Assembly (NCBI GenBank): GCA_004431415.1
Contig: QPMI01000551.1
Span: 1 to 64,000, forward strand
Length of the DNA stretch: 64,000 nt
Direction: 5' to 3'
Origin: Cyanophora paradoxa CCMP329
Lineage: Eukaryota; Plantae; Glaucophyta
The notes beneath the pieces were generated by a model, which saw only the letters and a program-made list of their open reading frames with translations, was not told the origin of the DNA and did not search any database. Shown one piece after another: positions 49,535 to 61,128 of this stretch. The position numbers and the translations under genes were made by a program. Position 1 is the first letter of the stretch. Each line of letters opens with the position of its first letter.

Positions 49535-51684
49535 ATGGCGGCCTTTGTCGTGCCCGTCCCTGCGGGAGCGCACCTTACCCGTGCTCCGTCGACATCCAGC
49601 CGCGCCTGCGCCGCACACAGCCGGACACGTCCGTCGGCGGCTTCGCGCAGCTTCCTGACCGGTGCTGACCGGCAGTCCAGTGGCCTGCCGGTGTTCGAGG
49701 GCCTCGCCGCCGCCCGCCAGATGATCCGCGCCGCCCGCCTTCCGCTGGCCCGCGCTGGCCCGAGCACCATTGTTTGCTCGGCGGAGAAGCAGACCCCGGC
49801 CGAGTCTCGCAACGCTTTCGATGCCTTTGCCAAGTGCGTTGCCCGTGTGATGGGCCATGAAGCGCTGCGAGGCCGCCGGGCCGCGTCGGAGAGGCACCGG
49901 CCGCCCTCACGTGCACGCTCCCCCACCCCGTGCGCGGCTCACATGAACCCCGCAGCGCCGTCAAGGGTGTGTTCGACAGCTCTGAGGCCTTCCGGAAAGG
50001 CTTCATGGCGGCCAGCGTCGCCGCGCTCCTGTTCGCGAGCTCCGTGGACCCGGCAATGGCGGCCAGCGGCGGCCGCGTCGGCGGCTCGAACTTCAACAGC
50101 AGCCGGCAGCAGTCCGCACCCTCCCGCAGCTACAGCGCGCCCTCCTACTCCCAGCCGTGCGCCGCCCGGCGCCTCCGCGCCGCCCGCCGCGCCGCCCAGC
50201 CCTGAGCGGCGCCGCAGATACATCGCGCCCGCCCCCTACGTTCCCTACGGCTACGGGTTCTCTCCCTTCGGCTGGGGCTTCGGCTGGGGCTTCGGTGAGC
50301 GCCCGCCCCGGCCGCCGCCGCCCGGCCGCGCCTCCGCCCCCCGACACGCGCGCGGCGCGCTGCAGGCCCGTCCATCGGTTTCGGTCTGCCCATCGGCGGC
50401 ATCTTCTCGATCTTCCTGTTCATGGCCGTCGCTTCTTTCCTGCTCCGCGCTGGCTCCCGCGTCGTGGGGGGCACTGGCCTCCTCGACGACGAGTACGAGG
50501 CGAGCACCCGCCTTCCCCGCGCCGCGGCGGCCGCGCGCGCCCCTCTGACGCGGGCCCTGGCCCCCGAGCAGATGGCCCCGACCCTGACCGTCGCCGAGCT
50601 CCAAGTCGGGCTGCTGGCGACCGCCGGGCGCACCCTGCAGGTCCGAGCTTCGTCCAGACTGGATCCGATCCCGTGCGGGCGCCGGGATTCGATCGCCGAT
50701 TCGGATTTGATCGCAGGCCGACCTCGAGCGCCTGGCGCGCGACGCGGACACCTCGACCGCCTCCGGCCTCCAGTCCGTCCTCCAGGAGACCTGCCTCTCC
50801 CTCCTCCGCCACCCCGAGTACATCGTGCGCTCCGATCCCGTACCCCCGTCTTCTTTCCACCCCCCCCCTACCCGCCCCGTTCGATCCCGTACCCCGCCCC
50901 CTCGCAGGTGTACGCCGGCGGCAAGTCGAAGACCCTCTCGCTGAACGACGCGGAGACCGAGTTCAACCGCATGTCAGTCTCCGAGCGCGGTGCGTTGCGT
51001 ACCCCGGAAGCGAAGCGAGCCCCCCCTCGCCCTTCCCGCGAATCGCGTACCCCCCGCGCTCCCCTCCCCCCGTCCTGACCTCGTACCCAGGCAAGTTCGA
51101 CGACGAGACCCTCTCCAACGTGCGGGGGCGGCAGAACTCGAAGAAGGAGGTCGTCCGCCTTTCCAAGGGTACCCCTCTGCTCTTTCTCCCCCAAGCCTCC
51201 CGTACCCTTTCGACCGTCCTCCCGGGTACAGACGTTGGCGAGTACATCGTCGTGACTCTGCTCGTCGCCGCTGAGGGCGACATTCGGGACACGCTCCCGA
51301 AGCAGGTGCCCTCTTTCTTTCCTGGGCTCTCGCCCGTCCGCCAGCCTCTCCGGCCCGCTCCGCGCGCGCCGACCGGCCTTGCTCTCCCCCCGCAGGTCCG
51401 CTCTCGCGAGGACCTCATCGCGGTGAGGCGTACCCCTCTGCCTCCGGTCCTCCTGGGCCTATTCTGACCGTCCCCTCCGGCAGGCGCTGCGCGGCCTGGG
51501 CTCCGTCCCCTCGAACTCTCTGTCGGCCGTCGAGGTCCTCTGGACTCCCCAGCAGGTGCCCGGGCGCCCGCCGCCTCTCAAAGAAACGCTTTCGCCTCTT
51601 TTTGACTCCGTACCCCCGAAGGAGGGCGACGTCCTTACTGCGGAGCAGTTCCTTACCGACTACCCCGACCTCCGCATGCTGTAA
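49535..51684 (+). CDS. FLAP1: Plastid-targeted DUF1517 protein (FLAP1-like)
   Basis: Ser/Arg/Ala-rich transit peptide beginning MAAFVVP. Family motifs include AASGGRVGGSNF, LQVGLLATAGRTLQ|ADLERLARDADTSTASGLQSVLQETCLSLLRHPEY, AETEFNRMSVSER|GKFDDETLSNV, EYIVVTLLVAAEG and VEVLWTPQ|EGDVLTAEQFLTDYPDLRML*. Confidence 0.93.
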
Positions 51685-52405
51685 CGGCGTGACTCAGCCC
51701 GCGGCCAGCCGGCGTCGAACGGATCGGACCGGCGCTTAGTCTCGAGTTTTGACCTTCTTGATCTTCGCCCCTGCAGAGTAGATGTAGCTAGTGCGTGCCT
51801 AGGCTTGTGAATTACGCTGTGCAGTGCAGTCCTTGGCCTCCTCGCCAAAGCTGCAGTCCCGCCGGAACGCGCAGCGCTGCACAGAGCTCGAGCGGGTTCA
51901 CTGTCTTACTTACTTATTGCTCAAAATTCGAGTTGCAAGTGCAGGAGAGGGGTCCGGATCCGGACAAAATTGGGGTCTCAACCTTACGGCTACTAATATC
52001 AATGTACGCACTACGTACACACTGTTCATAGACAGGTACAAGGGAGCCGTCGCGAGGCAAAATCAGGAACTGCCGGCACTGTTTAGCTGATTATAACAGG
52101 GCGGTCGCTACTTGAAAGAAGGGGGAGGGGGCATCTTTCGGTTCCTGGAGGTCCGAAGTCCGAGGGCCTGGCCAGATGAAGGGCCAGAGCGAACAGAGAA
52201 GGGACGGGTCGCGTACGGGGGAGCAAAATTGGCGTCTGCTACGGATAGACAGACAAACTGCGGGTGGAGAGGCACACTGCGAGAAAGATCTTGATGATAC
52301 AAGCGTGATATACTAGAAACGCTGAAAAGGTGCGAGCGAATAGAGAGCCAAGCCGAGAATAGAACGAGAAGAGGAAGAGCTGTAATAATAAGTCCTGCGA
52401 TACGG

Positions 52406-53149
52406 CTAGTGGAAGGTGACTGCGTGGAGGCCGGCGAAGGGGATGGCCGCCACGACGGGCTTCAAGTGCTGCTGGGCGGACGGGGCGAGCCAGAGCGCGG
52501 GCACACGGCCTGGGCGCGGTGCTTCCTCGTCCGAATCGTCGGGAGACGAGTCGAGGCCGCCGCCGGCGTGCCACGAGGCCGGCGCGGCCGGCGGCGTCGA
52601 GCTGGCCCAGTGCAGGCGGTGCTCCCGCTCCGCCTCACTCTCCAGCTCCGGGTCCTCGTTGATGCGTGGCAGCGAGAGCGAGCGGCACCGGCGGACCGGC
52701 CGGCGGATCGGGATCGGCTGCGGCTGCGGCTGGAGGCCCCCGACGGGGACGGAGCGGCCGCGGGTGAGCGGCGAGGCGAAGATGTTGTTGTTGCCCGGGA
52801 GGGGTCGGAAGGCGGGTTGCTGCGGGGCCCCGCGGGTGGGAACGCCCGCGGAGAGCAGAATAACGCGGCCCGGGAGCTGAGGGAACGAGGACGGGGCGAG
52901 TGGCTGGACCGGGGCCGGCGGGATGACCGTCGAGGGGACCGGCGCCGCGAGGCGGAACGCGGAGTGCGGGAGATCGGCGCGGATGTGCTGCGAGAGAGAC
53001 GAATGAGGCAAGGAAGAGCAAAGGGAGCCGGAACGGAAGTACACGGAAGCCCTCACCAAAGACTCCTGGACGCTCGCATCCGCCGACGAGAAAACGAAAG
53101 AGAACGACGCCAGGAAAGAGGTGGGACGCTCGAGGGGCGAGAAACCCAT
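52406..53149 (-). CDS. Hypothetical protein (Pro/Ser-rich, probably disordered)
   Basis: 247-aa ATG-initiated ORF whose 3' two-thirds has GC-rich coding-like codons (RRCRSLSLPRINEDPELESE...DDSDEE). No family recognised, and a 5' intron is possible. Confidence 0.45.
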   Translation of the reverse strand: MGFSPLERPTSFLASFSFVFSSADASVQESLVRASVYFRSGSLCSSLPHSSLSQHIRADLPHSAFRLAAPVPSTVIPPAPVQPLAPSSFPQLPGRVILLSAGVPTRGAPQQPAFRPLPGNNNIFASPLTRGRSVPVGGLQPQPQPIPIRRPVRRCRSLSLPRINEDPELESEAEREHRLHWASSTPPAAPASWHAGGGLDSSPDDSDEEAPRPGRVPALWLAPSAQQHLKPVVAAIPFAGLHAVTFH

Positions 53150-54725
53150 GGAAGCCTGCCAGAGAACAGGTCAGACGAGTCCGGACGCAAGCGAGAGACC
53201 CGACGAACCTCGGGCACGTCGACTATCAGAACGCGATTGCCAGAGAACTGCTCCCAGTCCTGCCGCCCAGAGCCGCGAACGACGACACTGCGAAAATGGC
53301 GGGAGAGTCAGATGCATGAAAAAACACCGCAAGCTCGCCGCCCGGCGACGACGTACGCTTTCAATTCAAGGACCCACGACTGCCGGTCGTTGGCCGCGTC
53401 CACCTCGCGCTCAATGACTACCGAGTTGCTCCATGTGGGCCAGGAGTGGCCGTCGAGCTTCAGTCCGTGCGAGGGCGCCCAGCTTCCGAGCTCGGCGCAG
53501 CTGCCCGTGACGACGAGGCCGTCCCCGAAATTCGTCGAGTTGCACTGAACGCTGAAGGAAAGGCAAAGTGTTTGCCTCATTGCAGAGTCGCTGAAGACGC
53601 CGCAAACCAATGCTATGCTGGAACAGCGATCACAATTCTACGCCCGCGTTCACGCCACGGCGACAAGCGAGCTGATCTGCGAGTCAATAGGAAGCCCGTG
53701 AGCAGAGAATACGCCTAAAACCGCGAAGTTCGCCCGAACCTGCGGAAACGACGCCGCTGCGGCCGCCCTTCACTAACAACGCTGCCGGCCGATGAAGGAA
53801 GGCGATGGAGAGGCCCGCGAGCTGGGCGGCGAGCTCTGATGCGCCGAAGTTGCTGTTTACTGCTTTTCAAGCGCCGAAGAAGCGGCGTACGCGAGATCCC
53901 GACACGCTGCGCTGGGCGCGTTGAAGCGCGCTGATGTGGCGCGCTGGGGCTGCTGCTCTGGCGTCCAAATGCTCCTCTTGTAGTGGACGCGCGTTTGGCA
54001 CGATGCGGCCCGAGCCGAAGCCCCGATGACGCCGCGCGAATCTGGGCCGCTCACGGTCTGCGGCCAGAAACGAGTGCTTTGCAGCGCCTGTACCCCAGAA
54101 TTCGAGTGGGGGGAATGGATCCAGTCGACAAAGAGCGATTAATTGACTTCGAATTCGAAAATCCCCACGATCCGATCGATCGCGATCGCGTCGATATCGA
54201 ATCGCCAGCGCGCGCGCGCTATAGATTAGTTAGCGCTAGCGCCGCCTAGCGGCCGCGCCGCGGCGTGCGGCCGCGCCGCGCGCGGGCCGGGCGCCGGCGC
54301 AGCGCGCTAGCGCTCTATAGCTATGCGCTGTCGCGCCAGACTGACCAGACTACGGCCCGGCGGTACCGGTGCATGCAGCATGCGCAGCGCCAGCGCTTGC
54401 CGCAGTGCGGCTGCCCCCGGCCCTGCGCGCAGGCTTCGAACGCTCACGAATTCGATTCGTTTGATCAACGGGCCGCGGCTTCATCTGATTGTCGAAGCCT
54501 TGAAGTTAAGCCTTGACTCGGCCGTGCGAGTCGCAGCGTGAAACTTCAGTGCAAACGCCGCATTTACAAGTTAGATTCACTTCACTTCGAAGCTTATCAA
54601 GCGCAATTGCGCGCCGCGGCGCGTCGCAGACTTCATCATCTACATCTAAATAGCTAATATAAACTTTAAAGTCCTCTGCTTACTTCGTATACGACAAGCA
54701 GCAGCGCCCCTCGCGATCGCGCCGC

Positions 54726-57700
54726 CTACGGCGCCGGCGCAGGGGCGACGGTGCCGCCGCGGGGGAAGGAGGCTCCGGATCCTGACGGGGGCGGCCGCCG
54801 CCGGTCCCGCTCCCGCTCCCGCTCACGCTCCGGCTCGCCCCGGGCCGTCGCCGACACGCCGGCGCCCCTGGGGCTGGGGGGATCGCCCGCCGCGCGTCCG
54901 CTCGCCGGGGCCGGCAGCGCGGCCTCGGCGCCCGCCCCCGGCGCCGCCCCCGCCCGCCCACGACGGCGTAGGCAGCCCCGCCGGCGCGGGCCCCGCGGGG
55001 CGTGCGGCCCTCCCGCGCGCCACCGCACGATGGATCTGCGCGCACGCCGGCGCGCGGCGTCAGCGCGGCCTCTCCAGGCGCGGGCCGGGCGAGCAGGGCC
55101 AGCTCGCCGGCCGGCCGGCCTGGACGGGCGCACCGGATCCCGATGCGAATGAGGAAATAAATCGCGAGGAAGTTGGAGCAGATCGTTCCTGTGCCCCCGA
55201 GACCCGGTCAGCGCCGCACATTTCAACCGAGGAGCTCAGCGGGGGGTACGCCAACGCTCACCGAAGAGGCTGAGCAGGAGGAACGCGGTCGGAATGACTG
55301 CGCTCTGCCGCGCTGAGATGTACCCCTGCGAAAAGAGATCCGTACCCCCGAAACAAAGCGGGCGGTGGGGGTACCCCAGCGCACCCGCCGGGCGACTATG
55401 AGCAACTGCCAGCGGGCCTGCGCGGCCCCGGGCGGGGCGGGGCGCGTCGGGACGCGCCCCGGGCCCTGGAGCGGCGCGGGCTGGAAAGGGGGGGGGGGTA
55501 CGGCACACGTTCTCGCCCATGGAGAGGTGAACGGCCCGGGAGACGTCGCCCGAGGCCAGGATCGCCTCGGGGGTAGCCCGCTGCGCCTTCTCCGTCGTGT
55601 CGTACGCCCCTGCGCGCCCGGTACCCCCCCGAAGGACGTCGTCGGCCGAGCCCGCCTGCGCGGCGCGGCCGCGGCCCCGCGCCCTTTTTTACGCACCGGG
55701 AAGCGACCCCTCGCCTCGGCTCATACCGAGGAACTCCCACGCCTGCGGCGGAAATCAGTCGGGAGGAGAACGGAAGCGTAAGAAAGCGGGGGGAGGGGGT
55801 ACCGGCGGGTCCTCGTTGATGTTGCGGAAGAGGAAGAGGTCGATCTGGCGGGGGAAAGGAGTGAGGCAGGGTACGGGGCGGTGCGGGAGTAGAGGCGCAC
55901 GTCAATGAGGTCGCTCTTACGGTACTCCCGCGTGCTCTCCAGCACCTCCCACAGCTAAAAATAGCAACCGGGGGTATGAATTTGGGCGGGACGCGACGAG
56001 GTAAGGGGGAGGGTAGGAACCTTTGCGGTCCCAGTGATCTGCGGCCGCGCGGGGGCTTCAGCGGGGGGTACGAGTACGGTACAGGAGGCGGGCGGGCGGC
56101 AGGGTACGCACGAGGCCGTAGAAAGCCTTGGAGAGTGACTTCAGGGGGGTGATGACGCCGCTGGCGGTCTGGGGGCCGGGAAAGCGTGAGAAGGAGGGAG
56201 GGGTCAAAGACCGCTACTCGTATGCAAAGAAGTCCGACGGCCCCAAAGAGCAGAGAATCTCGCTGATCTATCGCCGATCTACCGCGTCTCCTCTCGGCTA
56301 AAAACCCAGCGAGGCCGGCGCCTACCACGTAGAGCGGGGACTGGAGGGCGACGCCGATTCGGTAGTCGAACTGGACGAGCTTCAGGGCCCCCGTGTACGT
56401 GAACTGAGGGGGGGGAGAAGTCAGATCAGGCGAGGTCAGATGGACGGGGCGGCGGGCGGGCGGGCGGGCGGGCGGACCCCGCCGGTGTCGCGGCAGGTGT
56501 AGATGAGCGAGCGGCGGGCCCCTTCGCTGGGGGCCCCCACGTCGAGCATGTAGGCCGACTCGCTGAAGGGATCTGCGGTGGGGAGGGGGCGAGGTGGAGG
56601 AGGAATGAGTAGTGGGCGGGAAAGGTGGAGGGAGGAGGAGGGGAGGGGCACGGATCGCGATGATGGGGAAGTAGTCGGCGTGGTCGTTGGAAACGGCGGG
56701 GGGGCCCGTCGTCTGGCGCTCCACGAACTTCTTTCCTGGGGGGGGGGGGGGGGAGGGGGGGGAGGGGGGTAGAGGTTGGAGCAGGGAGGGGGTAGTACCC
56801 GAGAACGCCTCCATCGTGGCGCGCTCGCTGTGCGGTACCCGCTTCACCAGGCTCACCTGGGGGTACGGTGTCGTCAGGAAGAAAAGGGGGGGAAGGGGGG
56901 TAGGCGCGTACGGTAGCTATGTCGGTTGAGTGCCACAGCGATTGGGGTCCGCTGGGCGGGAGGTACCGTGAGGAGGCGAGAGGGGTACGCGGGCGCGGGA
57001 GGGGTACGTGAATTTCTTGAAGGCGTCGATGGCGCCGGCGACGTCGTCGGCTCGAATCTCCGCGGAGCCTGCCGGGGGTACGCGGTCGGACCGGAGCTGC
57101 GCGGGACACCGCGCCGCGCCTCGCACCCAGGTGGTTGCTCATCATGGAGACGAAACTGGGGTACGCCGCGCGTCAGGGAGAGGGTGCGGCGCACGGGGGT
57201 CCAGGCGGCGTACACTTCGAGCTGGTCGAGGGAGGTGCGGATGGCGGATGTCACGACCTGGGGAAGAGGGGCGGGCTCGATCGCCGGGGGTACACCACGG
57301 CAGCGGGGCAAGGCGCGGGGGGGTACGAGGGAAGGCAGACCTGCGAGGTTTCCTGGAAGTGCTCCCCCACGAGGCGCGCCTCGTCTGCGGGGAGGGGGGG
57401 ATGAGGCGGGGGGGGGTACGCGGTCAACAGGGCGGAGCGGGGTACCGTAGCGCGAGAGGAAGAACTTCGCGAGACCGAAAGAGATCGCGATGACGGCCAC
57501 GATCGAGAGGTTCACCTGATCCGCGGGGGTCAGGAGGGGCGCGCTCACCTGAGGCCGGGGCCGCCAGACCGCGGCCGCGGCTAGGGGGGCGCGCACGGCG
57601 TTTGCGTTTCGGCGGTACCACGAGAGCCGTTTGTCGGCAGAGCGGGCGCTGTCGGCGGCGGCGCTCGTGTCGGCCTCGTCGCGCCCGCGGGCGGTGGCGG

Positions 57701-58406
57701 CGCCGTCGCCCGGCCCGGCCCGACGCGACCCGAAAGTCGGGCTCCGCGCGTCGTCCAGCGGAGACCGTTGCGGCTCGCGACCCGAGCGGCCCGTCTGCGC
57801 CCCCGAGCGGCTTCCGCAGTGGCAGTCGCAGGCGCAGCGGCCGCTCCTGTGGCCGTTTGCAGCGGGGTCCGCCGCGGGGAGCGCCCCCGGGGGCGGCTGC
57901 CCGGTCGACGCCGGCCGCTGCCTCAGGTTCGAGCTGGATCTGTTCGCGCTGCGCCCCGACGGCGCGTCGGGCCCCCGCGGCGCGCCGCCGCTCTCTGCCG
58001 GCAGCGAGTCGCGCTCCCTCCAGCTTCCGCCGCGCTCCCACACTGCGAGGCTCGGCTCAGCGGCGCCGGCAGAGCCGCAAAGCCGCGAGATAAGCAATCT
58101 GGGCCGCGGGCACGCACGGGCCATGACTGCGGGGGCGCGGCGGGCGTCGCGCCCCGCCTCGGCAGCCGTGCTCGTCCCAGCCTCCGCCTCACGCCTCAGC
58201 GCCGCGGATCTGGACAAGCCGGCGAGCCCCTCGCCCTTGGGACTTCGGCTCCGCGAATTGCTGCGCCCGCTGTGCGAGTTGCTGCGCCCGCTGCGCGCCG
58301 TCTGGCCAGAGCGGCTCGTCCGGGGCCTCGGGTCTTCGGGTCCCAGTTCCAGCGGCGGCAGCCTGTGCATTCGCCGCATCGACGGGGTCTCGGTGTTGTG
58401 CTCCAT
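54726..58406 (-). CDS. CHASE-domain two-TM sensor protein without a recognisable kinase or cyclase domain
   Basis: TM1: VNLSIVAVIAISFGLAKFFL. CHASE-like spliced core: LVKRVPHSERATMEAF|KKFVERQTTGPPAVSNDHADYFPIIAI|DPFSESAYMLDVGAPSEGARRSLIYTCRDTGG|FTYTGALKLVQFDYRIGVALQSPLYV...|ARWQLLIV. TM2: AVIPTAFLLLSLF|GTICSNFLAIYFLI. A short low-complexity tail ends at the stop at 54726. Confidence 0.75.
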
Positions 58407-58622
58407 GCCGTGCGCCGGGCCCTAAGGCCTGGCCCGGTGTGCCGAACACAAGCTGAGGGTCGGTCTTGGGCTCCTACCACGAGGCTCGTGCTGCAGATTC
58501 CAGCGCAGGCTGCGTAGCCGATAAAGCGCTACGGTTGTCAATCGTTACTGTCGGAGTCTTCCCAAGCGACTAAGCTGCGACTAAGCAGCGACACTGGGGG
58601 GTACAGGGCCGAACCGAGCTTT
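58407..58622. promoter_or_regulatory. Putative bidirectional promoter region
   Basis: 216 bp between the divergent CHASE (-) and F-box (+) start codons. Inferred from position only. Confidence 0.4.
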
Positions 58623-60520
58623 ATGGAGCGCCCCGGCAAGCGGGCCCGCGGCGGCGGCGAGCACGGTGCCGAGTTATTGCCAACGTGCCCAACGCCCGCC
58701 GCAGACGGCGACCACACTGCCGCGCTGCCACCGGAGCTACTCTCCACCATCTTCAGCCACCTCGGCATACGCGAGCGCTTCTACGTCGCCTCGGTCAGCA
58801 AAAGATGGCGGTCAGCTGCGCTAGAGCCGCCCCACTCGACCGAACTCAACCTGACGTATGCTTCCGTCCCCGAGCCGAGTCTAAGCACCCATGGCCACAT
58901 GTGATGCCCGGTTTGCGCAGAGTCTGGGCGGACGTGTCGGATAGCGAGGCCCGCGCTGCCCTGCTGCGCCCCGAAGTCGACTGGCCCGGCCGCTGGGCCC
59001 TCCGAATTCCCGAGCTCGAGGGGATGGACGGAGGGGCGTCGGCGGAGGCCGCCGCGGAGCTGATCGCCCTCACGCCGCTCGCTCTCTCTGTGGCCGAGGC
59101 GGCTCTCGTGCTTCGGCACCCGCTCAGCGCGGCGGCCCGGGCGCTGCGCCTGACCGTCCTCTTCGCCGCCAGCGACGCGCTCGAAGCGGAAGGGCGCGTC
59201 CCGCTCCTGGCTCCCGTCCTGGACGCGGCGCCGCCCTCGGTCTCCTCGCTCCGGGTCGCGGCGCCGGGGCAGCCGCGCCTGCGCGCCCCCCGCCTGGGCT
59301 TCCTCCTCGGCCTCCGCTCCCCCCTTAGGGTCCCCGGCCTGCGCGAGATTTCGATCACGTGCTTCTCGGGCCACTCCGCTATGATCGACGCCGAGGACGT
59401 GCGCTCGCGTCCCGCCGGCGCCCCTTTCTTCTCTCGGGCTGCCAGCTGACCGGCCGGCCGCGCGGCGCCGCAGCTGCTGCCCCCCCGTGGCCCCCTCCGC
59501 GTCGCGTCGCTCTCCTGCCGGAGCGGCGAAGCCCTGGGCGCCCTCGCCAACGCCGGCGTGGGGGTACGGCACCTCTCGCTCCGGGGCGGCTCGGACGGCG
59601 CGGACGGCGCGGGGTACGCCCTCCATCCCCCTTCCTCCCCCCTTCTCTCTTCGACGATTAGCGCGCAGACGCCTCCGGATCGGCCCGGCGGAGGCCCGAG
59701 CCGCCGCGTCGCTCCTTAGCCCCGCCGCCGGCGCCCCGCCCCCCGGGGCGCGCGGCCCCTCGCTTGGCCTGGCCAGCTGCGCCCTCCCCGACGCCCCCGC
59801 CTGGCCGCCCGACGCCCTTCTCGGCCTCGGGCAGTGCGCGCTCGCCTCACCCCTGCCCCCACCCCCGCTCTCCGCGCCTGAGCTTCCCGCGCGCTTGCGC
59901 ACGCGCCCCCGCAGACTTGTGGTCGAGAACTGCCCCCTCCGCCCCAGCGCGCTCGACTGGATCGTCCGTGCGCGCTGTACCCCGGCCCCCTTGCGTTAGT
60001 CTGCCTCGGCCGCGTGCCGTGCTGAGGCCCCCGCGCGCCGCCCGCAGGCGGAGCCCACGCCGCCTCGCTCCGAGCGCTGCTGATCGCCGACTGCCCGCTG
60101 GAGGGCGTGACGCCCCCCGGGCTCCTGGCCTCCCTGTCGGGCCTGCGGGAGGGCACGCGGGTTCGGATCGTGCCCCGCGGCTGGCCCCTGGACTCCCTGT
60201 GCGAGGTTCGTACACAGAGAACAGCGCTGTATGCGTCGTCTGCGGGGCTGAAGTTGGACGTCGGTACCTCGCAGGTGCTGAACGCGATCACGGCCTCCTC
60301 GCGCCTCCTAAAGGACGTGGACGTGCGCTGCGAGCCGGAGGCCACCGGCGGGGCGCTGCGCGAGGCCTTCAGCCGCTACCGCGTCGTCCGGGTCCGCGTG
60401 AACTTGCTCGCACTGCGGCAGAGTCTTCGTGGGCATAATAATTTAATTGCAATTTCATACCTCTTCGGATGTCATATCGCTCCGCCCGCGTCGCGTCGCC
60501 GCCTTTTAGCAGATCCATGA
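58623..60520 (+). CDS. F-box protein with a degenerate leucine-rich C-terminal region; 3' end uncertain
   Basis: F-box motif AALPPELLSTIFSHLGIRERFYVASVSKRWRSAA. LRR-like segments follow (VPGLREISIT, LVVENCPLRPSAL, LRALLIADCPL). Confidence 0.8.
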
Positions 60521-60683
60521 TCCAGCTGCAGAGTGCCCAGAATTTCTCACTTTTTCAGTGAATCGCTGATTTCGATTCCTTTCCTGCAGCGGTGGCTCCT
60601 CTCGACGTCAAGTTCCCAGTGACTATTACTTGAGCCTTGGAGCTCAGCTGCAGGTCGCCGGAACCTGTTTCCGCCGCGGCGCC

Positions 60684-60761
60684 TTATTTGAATGTTTAAT
60701 CATATTCAAATAACAGGGCATATTCAATATTCAAATATTTGAATGTTTAATATTCATATTC
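60684..60761. repeat. AT-rich inverted/direct repeat cluster
   Basis: ttatttgaat (60684-93) and attcaaataa (60704-13) form an inverted pair. attcaaatatttgaat at 60729-60744 is a perfect 16-bp palindrome. tatttgaatgtttaat recurs directly at 60685 and 60736. Confidence 0.75.
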
Positions 60762-61128
60762 GGAGTCAGGCTAGGCAAAACAGGGCCTTTAACGGGCTAT
60801 GGTAGGCTTATAATTAATTAAGCTTAAGGGCGCTGCCAGGCTGCACCTGGTGCTTCCGGTACTGCAGCTGGCGTGTCCGGCGCGTCCGGAGCCAACTAGC
60901 GCCGTCCTGCGCCAAAATGCAGCTGCGCATGCGCAGCGCATGCATGCGAGTGCCGAATGTGGCTGATCCGCCGGGGTTCGAACCGGGGTCTCGTGCTCGC
61001 ACGCGCCTCGCGCCTCGGCGCTTCTAGATCTGACCTCTAGACTGTAGGCTCAGTCGATTGTAGATACGACGCAAGCCATTCCAGCCACTCGATCCGCAGC
61101 GCCCGGCGTGGCCCGCAGTTCAAACTCC

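Noticed and set aside
53200-54120. Short ORFs on both strands
   Set aside because: There are no recognisable motifs or coherent splice model.
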